NCBI GenBank assembly: GCA_951406725.2
Contig: OX597840.1
Location: 558,001-622,000, forward strand
From: Octopus vulgaris
Taxonomy: Eukaryota
Length of the DNA: 64,000 nt
Reading direction: 5' to 3'
Part shown: positions 13,884 through 27,407 of the stretch, in pieces
How the letters are laid out: each line of letters begins with the position of its first letter
How positions within the stretch are numbered: the stretch's first letter is position 1
Position numbers and translations under genes: made by a program
Notes under the pieces: generated by a model
The model's database searches: none
What the model was told of the DNA's origin: nothing
The model's input: the letters and a program-made list of their open reading frames with translations, nothing else

Positions 13884-14845
13884 TTATTTTTTCTCAATCC
13901 CTTTTCATCGGAATTCCACCCTCTTTTTGTTTTGACGATACCTTTTGATCGGAATTCGCCCCCACTTTTTTCCCCTTCTCTTCTTCCCAAAAGAAAAGCT
14001 CTACTTTGTATTTTGTCCCTTCTTTGTTTAGCCCTGCGTGGCCAATAAAGAAATCTATCTATCTATCTAACAAACAATATGAAATACGTGAACAAACGAG
14101 TGAAATACGTACACAACGAGAATAAAGAATGGAAAACAGGACAAGTAAATGCAGAGAAATGACCCTTCATCAGTTGTCGGTTGTCTATCTACTCTTAATT
14201 TCGAGCACGAATTTGTGTGTGTTTGTGTCTATGCTTCTTCCCCACCTCTGCTTGAGAACTGGTGTTAGTTTGTTCGCCAAGCAGTTCGATTGAAATGATC
14301 GATTGAATAAGTACCAGCGTTCTAACAAAAATAAGTAGTGGGATCGATTCATTCACCTAAAATTCTTTGAGGTGGTGCCCCAGCATGGCCTCAGTTTAAT
14401 GACTGAAGACATTAAAAACAAAGAAATACATACAAGGAAAAAAATTGTATAAAGAGAAAAAAGGGTGATCAGATATGTCGTATCCTGTAGAGGGCGCTCT
14501 ATTTTAAACTTTTATTTCAACATTTTACCTCTCCTGTCTATCGTAAATAGTATACAGAACATATTCTCTTGGCGTCCATAAATGATATATGATACGAATT
14601 CCTAATTGTTTTCGACCGCCCGGGTAACTTTGCACCTACGAAAAGGAAGCTTCATATCAGTCGGAATGCATGAAAGAAGGTCGAACTAAAATTCTGAAAA
14701 CAAGCCTGGCCGTTTAGAACAAACTCGCGAGAACACTTTTACTCTTTTACTCTTTTACTTCTTTCAGCCATAAGACAGCGGCCATGCTTGAGCACCGCAT
14801 TTATTCGAACAGCAGATATATATAGATATAGATATACACATATAC

Positions 14846-14893
<48 letters not shown>

Positions 14894-14897
14894 ATAT

Positions 14898-14954
<57 letters not shown>

Positions 14955-15352
14955 GCAGGAGTGGCTGTGTGGTAAGTAGCTTGCTTACCAACCACATGGT
15001 TACGTGTTCAGTCCAACTGCGTGGCACCTTGGGCAAGTGTCTTCTGCTATAGCCGCGGGCCGAGCAAAACCTTGTGAGTGGATTTGGTAGACGGAAACTG
15101 AAAGAAGCCCGTCGTATATATGTATATATATATATGTGTGTGTTTGTGTGCCTGTGTTTTTCCCCCTAGCATTGCTTGACAACCGATGCTGGTGTATTTA
15201 TGGCCCCGTCACTTAGCGGTTCGGCAAAAGGGACCGATAGAGTAAATACTGGACTGACAAAGAATAAGTTCCGCGGTCGATTTGCTCGATTAAAGGTGGT
15301 GCTCCAGCATGGCCGCAGTCAAATGACTGAAAAAAGTAAAAGAGTAAAAGAG
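14955..15352 (+). mobile_element. SINE family A, full length
   Basis: gcaggagtggctgtgtggtaag...ccttgggcaagtgtc...ccagcatggccgcagtcaaatgactg...gtaaaagag. Confidence 0.85.
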
Positions 15353-15366
15353 AGAGAGAGAGAGAG

Positions 15367-15415
<49 letters not shown>

Positions 15416-15549
15416 GACGAGCTGTCACAAGACTTTGGTCGGTCCGAGGTTACTGTAGAAAACACTTCCCCAAGGTGGGACTGAACCCGAAACCATGTGG
15501 CTGGGAAGCAAGCCTCTTAGCACACAGCCAAGCCTGCGCCTATATTTGG

Positions 15550-16330
15550 TGCATTTTTCAAAATTTAATTTCGAATTTCTAGGAGCAACTCTGCCTCTTC
15601 ATTACAACTTTCTTGTGAGGAGAAACGTATATCGTGATGCATCTCACTGTGGTTGATATTAAAAGGTTTTCCTTGTAGCTTCAACAATATCCCTCTATAC
15701 GAAATCATCTGTTTCAATTTAATGATTTTGCTAAAACATTCCTCATTGGGAATTCGCATTCCTTTATTCCTTTTCTATGCTCTTTTCCAACCGGCAGACA
15801 GCAACTTTGTATGATTTTCTCTTACAATTTTAACATCATCTCTCCATCTAGTTTCAAGCATTCTTATCATGTTAACACTGTTTCCTGTTTCCTACATAGC
15901 TGTCAAATATTCCTGGTTAATAAAACGAGTTTGTGTTCTAAGTTACTAGATATAAGAGCTTATTTCTTGCTTTCGGAACAGCAAGATCCTACAATAACCT
16001 CTCATATCGTCTGAAGGCAATATTTTTGTTTAGCGCTAAGGGAAGTAACTTTGAATGCGCCATTGTGATAGCATTGACGTTTCTCCGTTGCCATGACAAT
16101 CAACCTTATTTCTTTAATTAGTAGTTTGAAAGCTGAGTCAACGCAAAGGAGTTACTACTAGATGAAATCTCCAAGCGGTTTAAAAGCACAAGCTTCCGAT
16201 ATCCATGTGGCTAGAAAGTGTCCAACTCCCTTTGAGTGTAAGAAGTTAAGGGCCGATATATTTGGCCGAGGTGTTTCTTTTCTGGTACCCCTTACTCAGC
16301 TCTCATGAGAGTTTCTCACCGCTGGGTTTA
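15550..16330 (-). mobile_element. Decayed RTE-like LINE, endonuclease region
   Basis: Minus-strand peptide ISYRGILLKLQGKPFNIN resembles the RTE apurinic endonuclease domain. Confidence 0.45.
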
Positions 16331-16347
16331 CAGTAATCATACATAAA

Positions 16348-16512
16348 GGCGCAGGAGTGGCTGTGTGGTAAGTAGCTTGCTTACCAACCACATGGTTCAG
16401 GGTTCAGTCACATTGCGTGGCACCTTGGGCAAGTGTCTTCTGTTATAGCCTCGGGCCAACCAAAGGTTTCTGGGTGGATTTGGTAGACGAAAACTGAAAG
16501 AATCCTGTCGTA

Positions 16513-16557
<45 letters not shown>

Positions 16558-16778
16558 GTGTATTTGTGTGTCTGCGTTTGACCCCCCCCCCAACATCGCT
16601 TGACAACCAATGCTGGTGTGTTTAATTCCCCGTAACCTAACGGTTCGGCAAAAGAGACCGATAGAATAAGTACTAGGCTTACAAATGATAAGTTCTGGAG
16701 TGGATTTGCTCGATTAAAGGCGGTGCTCCAGCATGGCCGCAGTCAAATGACTGAAACAAGTAAAAGAATAAAAGAATA
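16348..16778 (+). mobile_element. SINE family A, full length
   Basis: Same consensus as the other family A copies. Confidence 0.85.
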
Positions 16779-17424
16779 ACGGAATACATACATACATACC
16801 TTGATATATACACATACATATATACATACATTCATATATAGGTGTATATGTGTGTGTATGAGGGCCCATTTCCCGGTCCTTTGTGTGTTGCACACACGAT
16901 CACGTGATCGTTGTTCAATTTTTGGACTGGGTAAGGCGTTGTATTCTTGCGCAAAGTACTTCGTCTCACGTTGCTTTGCAATCATTTCGAGACCTGACGA
17001 GTGGCACACCGTTCACCTGAATATTCAATGTCGATTTGGTGGACGGAGTGAGCTAATGTACCGCGCAAGCAATTGATCACTGTATACCAATCATTTGTGT
17101 AGGTCAAATTCAAATCGACCCACCTTGTCAACATCGGCAGCGCAGGTAGTATAGATTTAGATTTAGAGGGCTGCCACAGATACAAATAGGGAAGAGCTCA
17201 GTTCGAAGCATGTGAAAGTGAGTCGCATTGACTGTATTTCAAGACGTAATAGTAATGATATAGTAAATTCGTCAATAAAAGAAATGCTGATGTATAACTG
17301 ATGTATAACTGGTGTGAATCTTTAAATACCATTTACATTCTTCTTTTATGCAAACGCTATATCTGGAACCATCTCTATGCTGGAGCTATAACTTTCATTC
17401 GATCGCGAACCCATCCTGCGTCTG

Positions 17425-17943
17425 TTCGGGGAGGCTGATCTCCCTTTGCTGGCTGGCAAGGACACCGAGATGGTGTCAGCTCTTCTGGTGACGTCGATGT
17501 TCGCCTGGGGCTAAATGCATCAGAAACACCCCCACCACCCCGCCCTGACCCTAGCCACATTCAGATAGCTGATCCCTGTTATGTTATAGAGCAGTTACTG
17601 TTTATATCTCGCCCAGAGATTTATTATTGTTTTCGAACAGATTTTCTACGCCAGTGACTGTGGTTACTGTGAAAATCTATATATATCCAGCCGGTAGAGG
17701 AAGTCCCTCAACGAAGAGCGGTGCTTACCATACGTTGACAAGAGGCAATAACCTCGAAACCGGTCCGTGTGTAGTATCCGTATCTTCGGGGAGGCTGTTC
17801 TCCCTTTGCTGGCTGGCAAGGACACCGAGATGGTGTCAGCTCTTCTGGTGACGTTGATGTTCGCCTGGGGCTAAATGCATCAGTAACACCCCCACCACTC
17901 CGCCCTTACCCTAGCCACATTCAGATGGCTGATCCCTCTTATG

Positions 17944-17948
<5 letters not shown>
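17425..17948 (+). mobile_element. Direct-repeat (pseudo-LTR or retrozyme-like) unit, 360-bp period
   Basis: ~160-bp direct repeats at 17425-17588 and 17785-17948 flank an HHR; ends at (TA)n. Confidence 0.75.
17730..17770 (+). ncRNA. Minimal hammerhead, U3-A8 compensatory core
   Basis: atacg TTGACAA GAGG caataa CCTC GAAA CCGG TC cgtgt; palindromic ACCGGT; GUC site. Confidence 0.8.
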
Positions 17949-17982
<34 letters not shown>

Positions 17983-18159
17983 CGCTGGTAGCGAAACAAA
18001 CACAGACACAAACACAAATAAATACACACACATGTATACACACGCACACACATACACACACACACATATATATATATACATACATATATATATACATATA
18101 CATATATATACATACGTACATATATGTACATATATATATATATATATATAAATACATTT

Positions 18160-18212
<53 letters not shown>

Positions 18213-18254
18213 TGTATGTATTTATGCATATATTATATATACATACATGTACAT

Positions 18255-18313
<59 letters not shown>

Positions 18314-18318
<5 letters not shown>

Positions 18319-18519
18319 CTTTACTACCCACAAGGGTAAACCAGAGGGGACAGACAAAGGGGTTAAGTCGATTACATCGACCCCAGTGGCAACTGGTACT
18401 CAATTCATCGACCCCGAAAGGATGAAAGGCAAAGTCGACCTCGGCGGAATTTGAACTTGAACGCAACGACAGACGAAATACGGCTACGAATTTCGCCCGG
18501 CGTGCTAACGTTTCTGCCA
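18314..18519 (-). mobile_element. Nin/Deu-domain-like SINE (family B)
   Basis: Matches 7443-7654. Confidence 0.8.
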
Positions 18520-19806
18520 ATTGATTCGAGGTTAACCACAGTAAATAAGGTACTCAATACATAGCAGAGTAAAATTAATTTATTATATAGAAGGAGCTTC
18601 TACAGGACTAGAACTGTTTCATTCAAGAGAAATCTTGAATATATATATATACGAAGGGCTTCTTTCAGTTTCCGTCTACCAAATCCACTCACACGGCTTT
18701 CGTCCAGTCCGAGGCTATAGAAGAAGATATCTGCAGAAGATGCCTCGCAGTGGGACTGAACCCGAAACCATGTGATTGGTAAGCAAGCTGATTACCACAC
18801 AGCCACGGTTAAATACATGTTTGCATAATTACATACACACGAGATTGCGAAACACTGAGAGGAGGGGAGAAAAACGAGAGAAAGAAAAAGAAAGAGAGAG
18901 AGAGAAAGAGAATGAAAGAGAGAGAGAGAGAGAGAGATGAAACGAGACAGAGAAAAAGATTAATGGCGAAGAAAATAACGATTAAAAACAAACACAGTGC
19001 AAAACAAGATTTTATGATAGCATTCGAAGTATTTATGCATTTTTGAATGACATTTTAAATTATAAATTGACATTAGCAGATAAACATATTCCTACTTAGA
19101 GGCGGCTATTCGCTGGCGTATGTCTGTCTTTACGTGTAATTGTCTATCTGTTATAAGTGCTTCTTCTGCACAACTGTCTCTGCAGTGTGTTGTGTATTTA
19201 GCTTTTTTTTTTTCTAAAAGAAATTCATTCGTGTGTACGAGCATATCTGTGTATATCGGCATATCTATGTGTGTGTAAATATAAACGAGTTCCTGAGCGA
19301 ATGTGTGTGTTGGTTAATGTGTTTTTATGCGTGCGTCTGTCAAGCTTTCGCTATTCGTTATCTATTAGACTGTCGCCCGGCGGCGTTTTTTTCTTATCTA
19401 TGCCACTGACTGTCGCTTCTCTTTCTTTGTCACTATCACTAGTTCTGTCTTGCACTCTGTAAATAAACGTAGAAGCGGACTAACAAACATTAAACAAATA
19501 TATGGATAGAAAAAGTAATAACAATAAGCATGTGTACACAAACATACACGCACGCTCGCTCGCATATTTATACATATACAAATATACACGCGTGTGTATA
19601 TGTATATGTGTGTCAATGAGTGCGTGTATGTGTTGGTGGGTGGGTGTGGATGTGTGTGTATATGGATGCGTGTGTGTGTGTGTGTGAGAGTGTCTGAGAT
19701 TGTCGGTAGCACTGTGTAGATCTACAGATGGAGTGAAATGTTACAAAATAGCTGACATGTGTATACATGACAATTTTGAAGTATATACAGTGCAATATGC
19801 TTGTAA

Positions 19807-19842
<36 letters not shown>

Positions 19843-19844
<2 letters not shown>

Positions 19845-19942
19845 GTATATACATTTAGAAACAGAACATTTATAAATATCAATCTCTCCATTCAGATATC
19901 GACAAGGTGTATCCCTCACACACGCACGCGCACACACACACA

Positions 19943-20031
<89 letters not shown>

Positions 20032-20229
20032 GTATGTATATACATTTAGAAAGAGAAAATATATAAGTATCAATCTCTCCATTCAGATATATACGAGGTG
20101 TATCTCTCACACACGCACACACACAAACACACACACGCACATATATATATATATGTATGTATATACATTTAGAAACAGAAAATTTATAAATATCAATCTC
20201 TCCATCCAGATATATACGAGGTGTATCCC
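19843..20229 (+). repeat. Three copies of a ~72-bp unit separated by (CA)n(TA)n
   Basis: atgtatatacatttagaaa...tatcaatctctccat.cagatat...aggtgtatc at 19843, 20034 and 20157. Confidence 0.85.
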
Positions 20230-21011
20230 AAAAGGCGTGAAACATTTTAAAAATGGATATTATAACTGCCAGGGATTATTCTAATTTTAATATATCAGTA
20301 CTATACATCTAATAAGCTGACCTGCCAATTTTTTATTCCTGAATGTAAGAAACGACTGTTACAGCACTTTCAACACCCTCTACATCACCCTGATTATCAC
20401 AGCTTACTACTCGGTTGCAAAGTGCATATATATATATATATATATATACATATATACGACAGGTTTCTTTCTGTTTCTGTCTACCAAATTCACTCACAAG
20501 CCTTTGGTCGGCCCGAGGCTATAGTAGAAGATACTTGCCCAAGGTGCCAAGAAAAGTTCCATTTGTAATCTTACTATATAATAATGTTTGGGTGTTTTAC
20601 AGGGCAAAAACGCTGCGAGAATTTATGAAATACTCCAGACTGCTCATGGGTTAACGTGTATGAACCGAGCATCTGTTTCTTTTATGGTCACAAAAGGCTA
20701 GGTAAAGGAAATTCACTGAGAACCTAATGAGGATTCTGTTTTTCGACAGCACGGGCGTCCTCTACGTCCACCGGACTCCTTCTGGCCAGACGGTCAACAG
20801 AGGAATTTGCGGAGCTTTAGAGAGAGTTCAGGAGGTGTTTTTGTGGCAAAAGACCAGAAAAACCCTCATCCGAGCAATTCACTAGTCCATACTCTCATCC
20901 TGGTAACCAACTACATCAAAACCGTCCCTCACCTATCCGGTAGTTCAGACCTTGTCACATTCAGTTGCTCCTGAAGCAGTCGAAGGAATGACGAAAGAAG
21001 CTGTAACAAGT

Positions 21012-21128
21012 GTCCTGGACATTATTTACATTATTTACATTTGACGGATATTTGTCCGCATCTTGTTTGTTGTTAACACAACGTTTCGGCTGATATACCC
21101 TCCAGCCTTCTTACTAGCAATAATAATA

Positions 21129-21223
<95 letters not shown>

Positions 21224-21260
21224 AATGATGATGATAATAATAATAATAATAATAATATTA

Positions 21261-21297
<37 letters not shown>

Positions 21298-21311
21298 TGA
21301 TGATGATGATG

Positions 21312-21372
<61 letters not shown>

Positions 21373-21383
21373 TGATGATGATG

Positions 21384-21443
<60 letters not shown>

Positions 21444-21469
21444 TAATAATAATGATGATGATGATGATC

Positions 21470-21515
<46 letters not shown>

Positions 21516-21722
21516 CAACAACAACATCGAAGAATACCTTAGGAATGAGAACCCAGGTTCGAAATTTCCCCAAGACACCTGAAGAAGGCCGGAGGGTATA
21601 TCAACCGAAACGTTGTGTTAACAACAAACAAGATAAGGATAAATATCTGTCGAATGTAAATAATGTAAATAATGAACATAAGTCCTGATCTCTTAAGTAT
21701 AGAACTGAAGAGTCCTGGACAT
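21012..21722 (+). mobile_element. PLE-like inverted-repeat element with HHR and 11-bp TSD
   Basis: Arms ~21020-21111 and ~21582-21674; internal (ATG/ATA)n; TSD gtcctggacat at 21012-21022 and 21712-21722. Confidence 0.8.
21574..21619 (+). ncRNA. Minimal hammerhead, CTGAAGA-A variant
   Basis: gacac CTGAAGA A GGCCG..CAACC GAAA CG TT gtgtt; the inverted copy shows perfect stem II GGCTG/CAGCC. Confidence 0.7.
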
Positions 21723-21926
21723 CTTCACTTTGAAGGACCGGCATGGGGCCTTCACAAACTGACTGCAGTGCTACAAAATGTGCATTGAATAGAGAGGTTT
21801 GTACTCTGAAGGAGATTAGAGTTTTTTGTATTTCTTTGAAAATAATAAATGTCTCTCCTGAAAAGTTTGAAAATTACTGGAACGCACATTTTACACAAAC
21901 ACCTGCCACACCCTACACACACATAA

Positions 21927-21986
<60 letters not shown>

Positions 21987-22046
21987 TTAAATATGCATGT
22001 GTGGCTGTGCGTGGAAACTGGGATAAATTGTTGTATGATATTTACT

Positions 22047-22605
22047 CCTATTTCGTCTGTCTTTACGTTCTGGGTTCAAATTCCGCCGACTTTGCTTTTC
22101 ATCCTTTCGGGGTCAATTAAATAAGTACCAGTTACGCACTGGGGTCGATATAATCAACTAAATCCGTTTGTCTGTCCTTGTTTGTCCTCTCTGTGTTTAG
22201 CCCCTTGTGGGTAGTAAAGAAATAGGTATTTCGTCTGTCTTTACGTTCTGAGTTCAAATTCCGCCGAGGTCGACATTGCCTTTCATCCTTACGGGGTCGA
22301 TTAAGTAAGTACCAGTTACGCATGGGGTCGATGTAATCAACTTAATCCCTTTGTCTGTCCTTGTTTGTCCCCTCTATGTTTAGCCCTTTGTGAGCAATAA
22401 AGAAATAAGAAACGTTAGCCACCAGGCGAAATGCTTAGCGGGATTTCGTCCTTCTTTACGTTCTGAGTTCAAATTCCGCCGAGGTCGACTTTGCTTTTTA
22501 TCCTTTCGGGGTCGATCAATTAAGCAACAGTTGCATACTGCGGTCTAACTAATTAACTGGCCCCCCTCCCTCAAAATTCCAGGCCTTGTACCTAGAGTAG
22601 AAAGG
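22047..22605 (+). mobile_element. Tandem cluster of three partial family B SINEs
   Basis: Repeated tttcgtc...gttcaaattccgccga...ctttcatcct units. Confidence 0.8.
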
Positions 22606-23068
22606 ATTATATTAATGAACGCATTAATAAACTCAGCTTCATTACAAGATAATGATGATATACAGTTTACAAAAATTAAAGATTTAAAATCCGTTTGCTT
22701 ATTGGCTGTTTAATTATAATATTTATTCATGTAAAATGATCATTCATTAAGTTTAGTGATAAATTTAATGTGTATTTAAGTTAAAGGTGATATCCAGAAG
22801 ATTAATCATGGCAAGATTAATATCAATGTCTTACATGTTTGATTAAAAGACTAATGCGCTACTTATTGCGCAATCGTGATTCACAGAATTTTATGAATCT
22901 TCTCTATATTTATTGAATGGCGCTTACATACGTATATAGCGATTCTTCCGTCTTCAATGGTGATTAACGTTTTCTTCTGTTACTTCGTTGTCAATTGTAT
23001 TTCTGAATTTCCGTCCAGGAAACTCTCTGATGACTATTCAGTTCCGTCTGCTTTGTAAATTAGCAATT

Positions 23069-24353
23069 GTGAAGCCAAGTGGCTTAGTGGTTAGGAGATG
23101 TGATTCACTATCGTAAGATCGTGAGGGCGGAACCCAGCAGCGTGCTGTGTCGGAACCGCGGTGCGTGAGTTCGGAACCCAGCGGTGCGCTGTGTCGGAAC
23201 CGCGGTGCACTGTGTCGGAACCGCGGTGCGTGAGTTCGGAACCCAGCGGTGCGCTGTGTCGGAACCGCGGTGCGCTGTGTCGGAACCGCGGTGCGTGAGT
23301 TCGGAACCCAGCGGTGTGTGTTGTGTCGGAACCGCGGTGCGTGAGTTCGGAACCCAGCGGTACGCTGTGTCGGAACCGTGAGTTCGGAACCCAGTGGTGA
23401 GCTGTGTCGGAACCGCGGTGCGTGAGTTCGGAACCCAGCGGTGCGCTGTGTCGGAACCGCGGTGCGTGAGTTCGGAACCCAACGGTGTGTTGTGTCGGAA
23501 CCGCGGCGCGTGAGTTCGGAACCCAGCGGTGCGCTGTGTCGGAACCGCGGTGCGTGAGTTCGGAACCCAGTGGTTCCCAGCGGTGCGCTGTGTCGGAATC
23601 GCGGTGCGTGAGTTCGGAACCCAGTGGTGCGTTGTGTCGGAACCGCGGTGCGTGAGTTCGGAACCCAGCGGTGTGTTGTATCGGAACCGCGGTGCGTGAG
23701 TTCGGAACCCAGCGGTACGCTGTGTCGGAACCGCGGTGCGTGAGTTCGGAACCCAGCGGTGTTTTGTGTCGGAACCGCGGTGCGTGAGTTCGGAACCTAG
23801 CGGTGCGCTGTGTCGGAACCGCGGTGCGTGAGTTCGGAACCCAGCGGTGAGTAAGACACTATTTCACATCGCTCCATTTCACTCAGCTGGCAAAAAATAA
23901 TTAGCACCTGTATTTCAATGGGCCACTCTTGTTTAATCCTATGTCACGCTGATGTCTCCGAGATCTACGTTATGGATACGCGGTGTCTGTGGAGTACTCT
24001 ATTTGTTTTCAACATTCATTATAGTTAGTCTTATAATTTTCATTCCATATCCTTGAGAGAGGAAACGCTACTGAAGCTCTTTACAAATATTTCAGATATG
24101 GTAGGCGCGAAGAGAAGAAACACAGTCACGTTTAGTTCGAGGACATTCTCGTGAATTCTCGTGAATAAAACAATGAATCCTGGAACGTTACTGTTGGATG
24201 GCATCTTTTGAATGTTTTTCTCCCATGGATTTGTCCTTTGGGCCAACTGTTATGTGGTCAATTTGTTTGCCACATTCACGTTAATTTCTCGAGCAGGCTG
24301 TTCGGTTGATCGAATCAACGGGAACCATTGTCGTCGTAACCGACGGAGTACCA
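23069..24353 (+). mobile_element. tRNA-derived SINE expanded by an internal minisatellite and a ~270-bp insert
   Basis: Head gtggcttagtggttagg at ~23080; body resumes at ~23850; tail 24269-24353 matches the tail of the 29448-29840 SINE. Confidence 0.75.
23128..23849 (+). repeat. GC-rich 44-bp minisatellite (~16 units)
   Basis: Unit cggaaccgcggtgcgtgagttcggaacccagcggtgcgctgtgt, built from two related 21- and 23-bp halves. Confidence 0.95.
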
Positions 24354-24579
24354 GTTTCAACTTAGCACTTCCAAATGATTAGGTCTGCACACCTCACCAC
24401 TCATCCATCGCCATACGACTTTCAGGGGATGAAATGGTGGCAAAGGTCATCATAAAGAAACAACTGTATGTCATTGGATTATAATAATAAACCCTTGTAC
24501 AACACGAATATCTCTCCATGTCTTCCTGATTAGTAATACCTGGAGTTTCTCGTGTAATACCTGGAGTTTCTCGTAATAC

Positions 24580-25116
24580 CAGGGGTTTCTCGTGGTCTGC
24601 ATTTGGTGTTGTCCATTGCAACTTTCTAGAAGCCAATCAGAGCATTACAGCAGAGGTTTAGTGCAATCAACTCGCTGAAATGCATGCTCACCTGCCAAAA
24701 TGAGACCTGCATTGGTGAATCGGTGTGGCCCAATTCTGCTCCACGATAATGAAAAGCCACATATTGCAAGAACGACGTTGAAGAAACTCACAGACCTGGG
24801 TTACGAGACTTTACTATATCCTCCATATTCTCCTGATCTTTCACCTACTGACTACCATTGTTTAAAGCATTTGAACACATTTTTAAGTGATACAACTTTC
24901 AGGTCCAAACCTGAAGTGGAATCAGCTTTTAAAGATCTCTTATCATCAAAGCCAATAGATTTTCATCAACGGGGGCTAAATAATCTCGTTGATTGATGGC
25001 AGAGATGCATAGGTGTTCACGGCTCATACTTTGACTAATCAAAACATTTCTGTTTTTAATTTTTCCTGAATAAAATTGCTTCTCAAATCAGCCATTATTT
25101 TCGGAACAACCTAATA
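24580..25116 (+). mobile_element. Mariner (DD34D) transposon 3' half with right TIR
   Basis: PILLHDNEKPH...YPPYSPDLSPTDYH...*WQRCIGVHGSYFD*; TIR-like ttcggaacaacctaata followed by TA. Confidence 0.9.
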
Positions 25117-25443
25117 TATGTTTAAGTGCCGGTGTGTCCCCACTAGCACCAACCATCGCTTGACAACCGATACTGGTGTGTTTACTTCACCGTTACACAG
25201 CGGTTCGGCAATATAGGACCGATAGAATAAGTACTATGCTTACAAAGAATACGTCCTGGGGTGGATTTGCTCGACTAAAGACAGAGCTCCAGCATGGCCG
25301 CAATGAAATGACTGAAACAAATAAAAGAATAAAAGAATATAATTCTGTCTATGTTTTCGTAATATTCACCATTCTCTTTATTTAACACGACTCAGTGATT
25401 TATATTTAAGTACCTGATTCACTTGAATCCTGAACTATTATCG

Positions 25444-25480
<37 letters not shown>

Positions 25481-25633
25481 GTGCGTGTATCAGGTGGTAG
25501 TTTGCATCTGGCTCTTAGCATGCGTGTAAATCTATATAAATATGTGGTTTGGTACATGTACATCTACATAGTCGTCTGTCTGACAATCTGTCCATCCATA
25601 CATCTATCCATCAATCAATCAATCTCTCTCTCT

Positions 25634-25692
<59 letters not shown>

Positions 25693-25829
25693 TGTATGTA
25701 TGTATTTATGTATGTATGTATGTATCTATCTATTTATCTATATCCACCCATCCATCTATGTATGTATGTATGTATGTATGTATGTATGTATGTATGTATC
25801 TATCTATCCATCCATCCATCCATCCATCA

Positions 25830-25904
<75 letters not shown>

Positions 25905-25909
<5 letters not shown>

Positions 25910-26231
25910 GCCTACCTTGCGAATGTATATCTCTAAATAGAAAATTCACTCCTCGTGTAATATGAACAAATGGACAGAGCTGTAAGATCAAACCGTCGGT
26001 CAGTGCATTTGCCCGGCAGCCCGTCTGGTAGTCAATCAGTCTCTCCGTTCGTTTGTCCGTCCGTCCGTCCGTCCGTCCGTCCGTCCGTCCGTCCGTCCGT
26101 CCGTCCGTCCGTCTGTCAATCTGTCCGTCCGGCCGTTCGTCCGTCCTTTACCAAAATTTCGCACGTGAACCAAAGAGGCTTTTGCAATTATCACCTCTTA
26201 TTGCGGCATATTAGACGCTTATCGATTCGAT
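25905..26231 (+). repeat. ~300-bp repeat with internal (CCGT)n, copy 1
   Basis: Highly similar to 37350-37629. Confidence 0.85.
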
Positions 26232-26528
26232 AAAGCTATTAAGTAGGATTTCAGCTAATTTTCCACACTTTTCGAAGATTAATGCATTTGGTCGAGGGAA
26301 AAAGGTTCCATTAGTTGTATGTACTGCCTTAATAGTTAACCACAGATATGCTCATACACACACACACACACACACACACTCATATATATATATATATACA
26401 TATATATACATATGTGTGTGTGTGTGTGTTTATTTGCGGTTGATATATATATTTCTATGGGTACCCCGTTTATTGTTGATGTTGAACACACACCTACTAG
26501 GCCGCTGGTGGCAAAGAACACACACACA

Positions 26529-26582
<54 letters not shown>

Positions 26583-26599
26583 ACACACACAACACACAC

Positions 26600-26651
<52 letters not shown>

Positions 26652-27245
26652 GCATGTGTGATACACTTTCACCATATATCTGTGTTCAGAAATAAATGGT
26701 TTGAAAGGGAGGCTCTGAAGAGTGAGCCTCGAAGTGGGGTGGTATTTTTGAGTGAAGCCACTAACTCTATAAGTAGGCATGTAGTGGTTTTCATGTTTGT
26801 TTGTGTTCGTTTGTGTGACTGTAAATGTGGATGAATGTCTATCGTTATACATATGTATATCTATCGATCTGTCATTTTATCTCTCTATTCCCCAATCTGT
26901 CTATGTGTGTATGTATTAAGTCAGTGTGTATGTATTAAGTCAGCGTGTATGCATGTATGTCCACATGTATCCACGCATGTATGAATGTATGTACGTATGC
27001 ATGCATACGTGTTTGTATGTACGTGTGTCCGTATGTAAGCTTGCATGTATGAATGTATGAATGTATGCACGTCTTTCCGACATAGGGGGTCGACTTCTAG
27101 CATAATGGGTGTCTACTCGGTGCTCATCCCTCTTATATATATGTAATAAAATTTTTCTGAATCATCAGATATTTCTATATGCTAGACCACTGGTTTTAAA
27201 TTGATATTTATCAAATTAACATTCAATTTTTCACCTGTATTACTT

Positions 27246-27287
<42 letters not shown>

Positions 27288-27334
27288 TATTATTGAATAT
27301 TTATCTCTCACCAGATGGAGTACTCTTCTGTCGA

Positions 27335-27403
<69 letters not shown>

Positions 27404-27407
<4 letters not shown>

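Larger units (their letters stand above)
20600..21890 (+). mobile_element. Decayed mariner transposon split by a PLE-like insertion
   Basis: Motifs ILFFDSTGVLYVHRTPSGQTVN, IKTVPHLSGSSDL and EAVTSVLD|IFTLKD...CIE*RGLYSEGD*. Confidence 0.75.

Noticed and set aside
18605-18640. Hammerhead 3' half (GAAACAGTT) on the minus strand
   Set aside because: The 5' core and stem I are truncated by the TA tract; incomplete.
23128-23849. CRISPR-like appearance of the 44-bp array (also 19843-20229 and 39312-39686)
   Set aside because: No unique spacers, no cas genes, eukaryotic context; these are tandem repeats.
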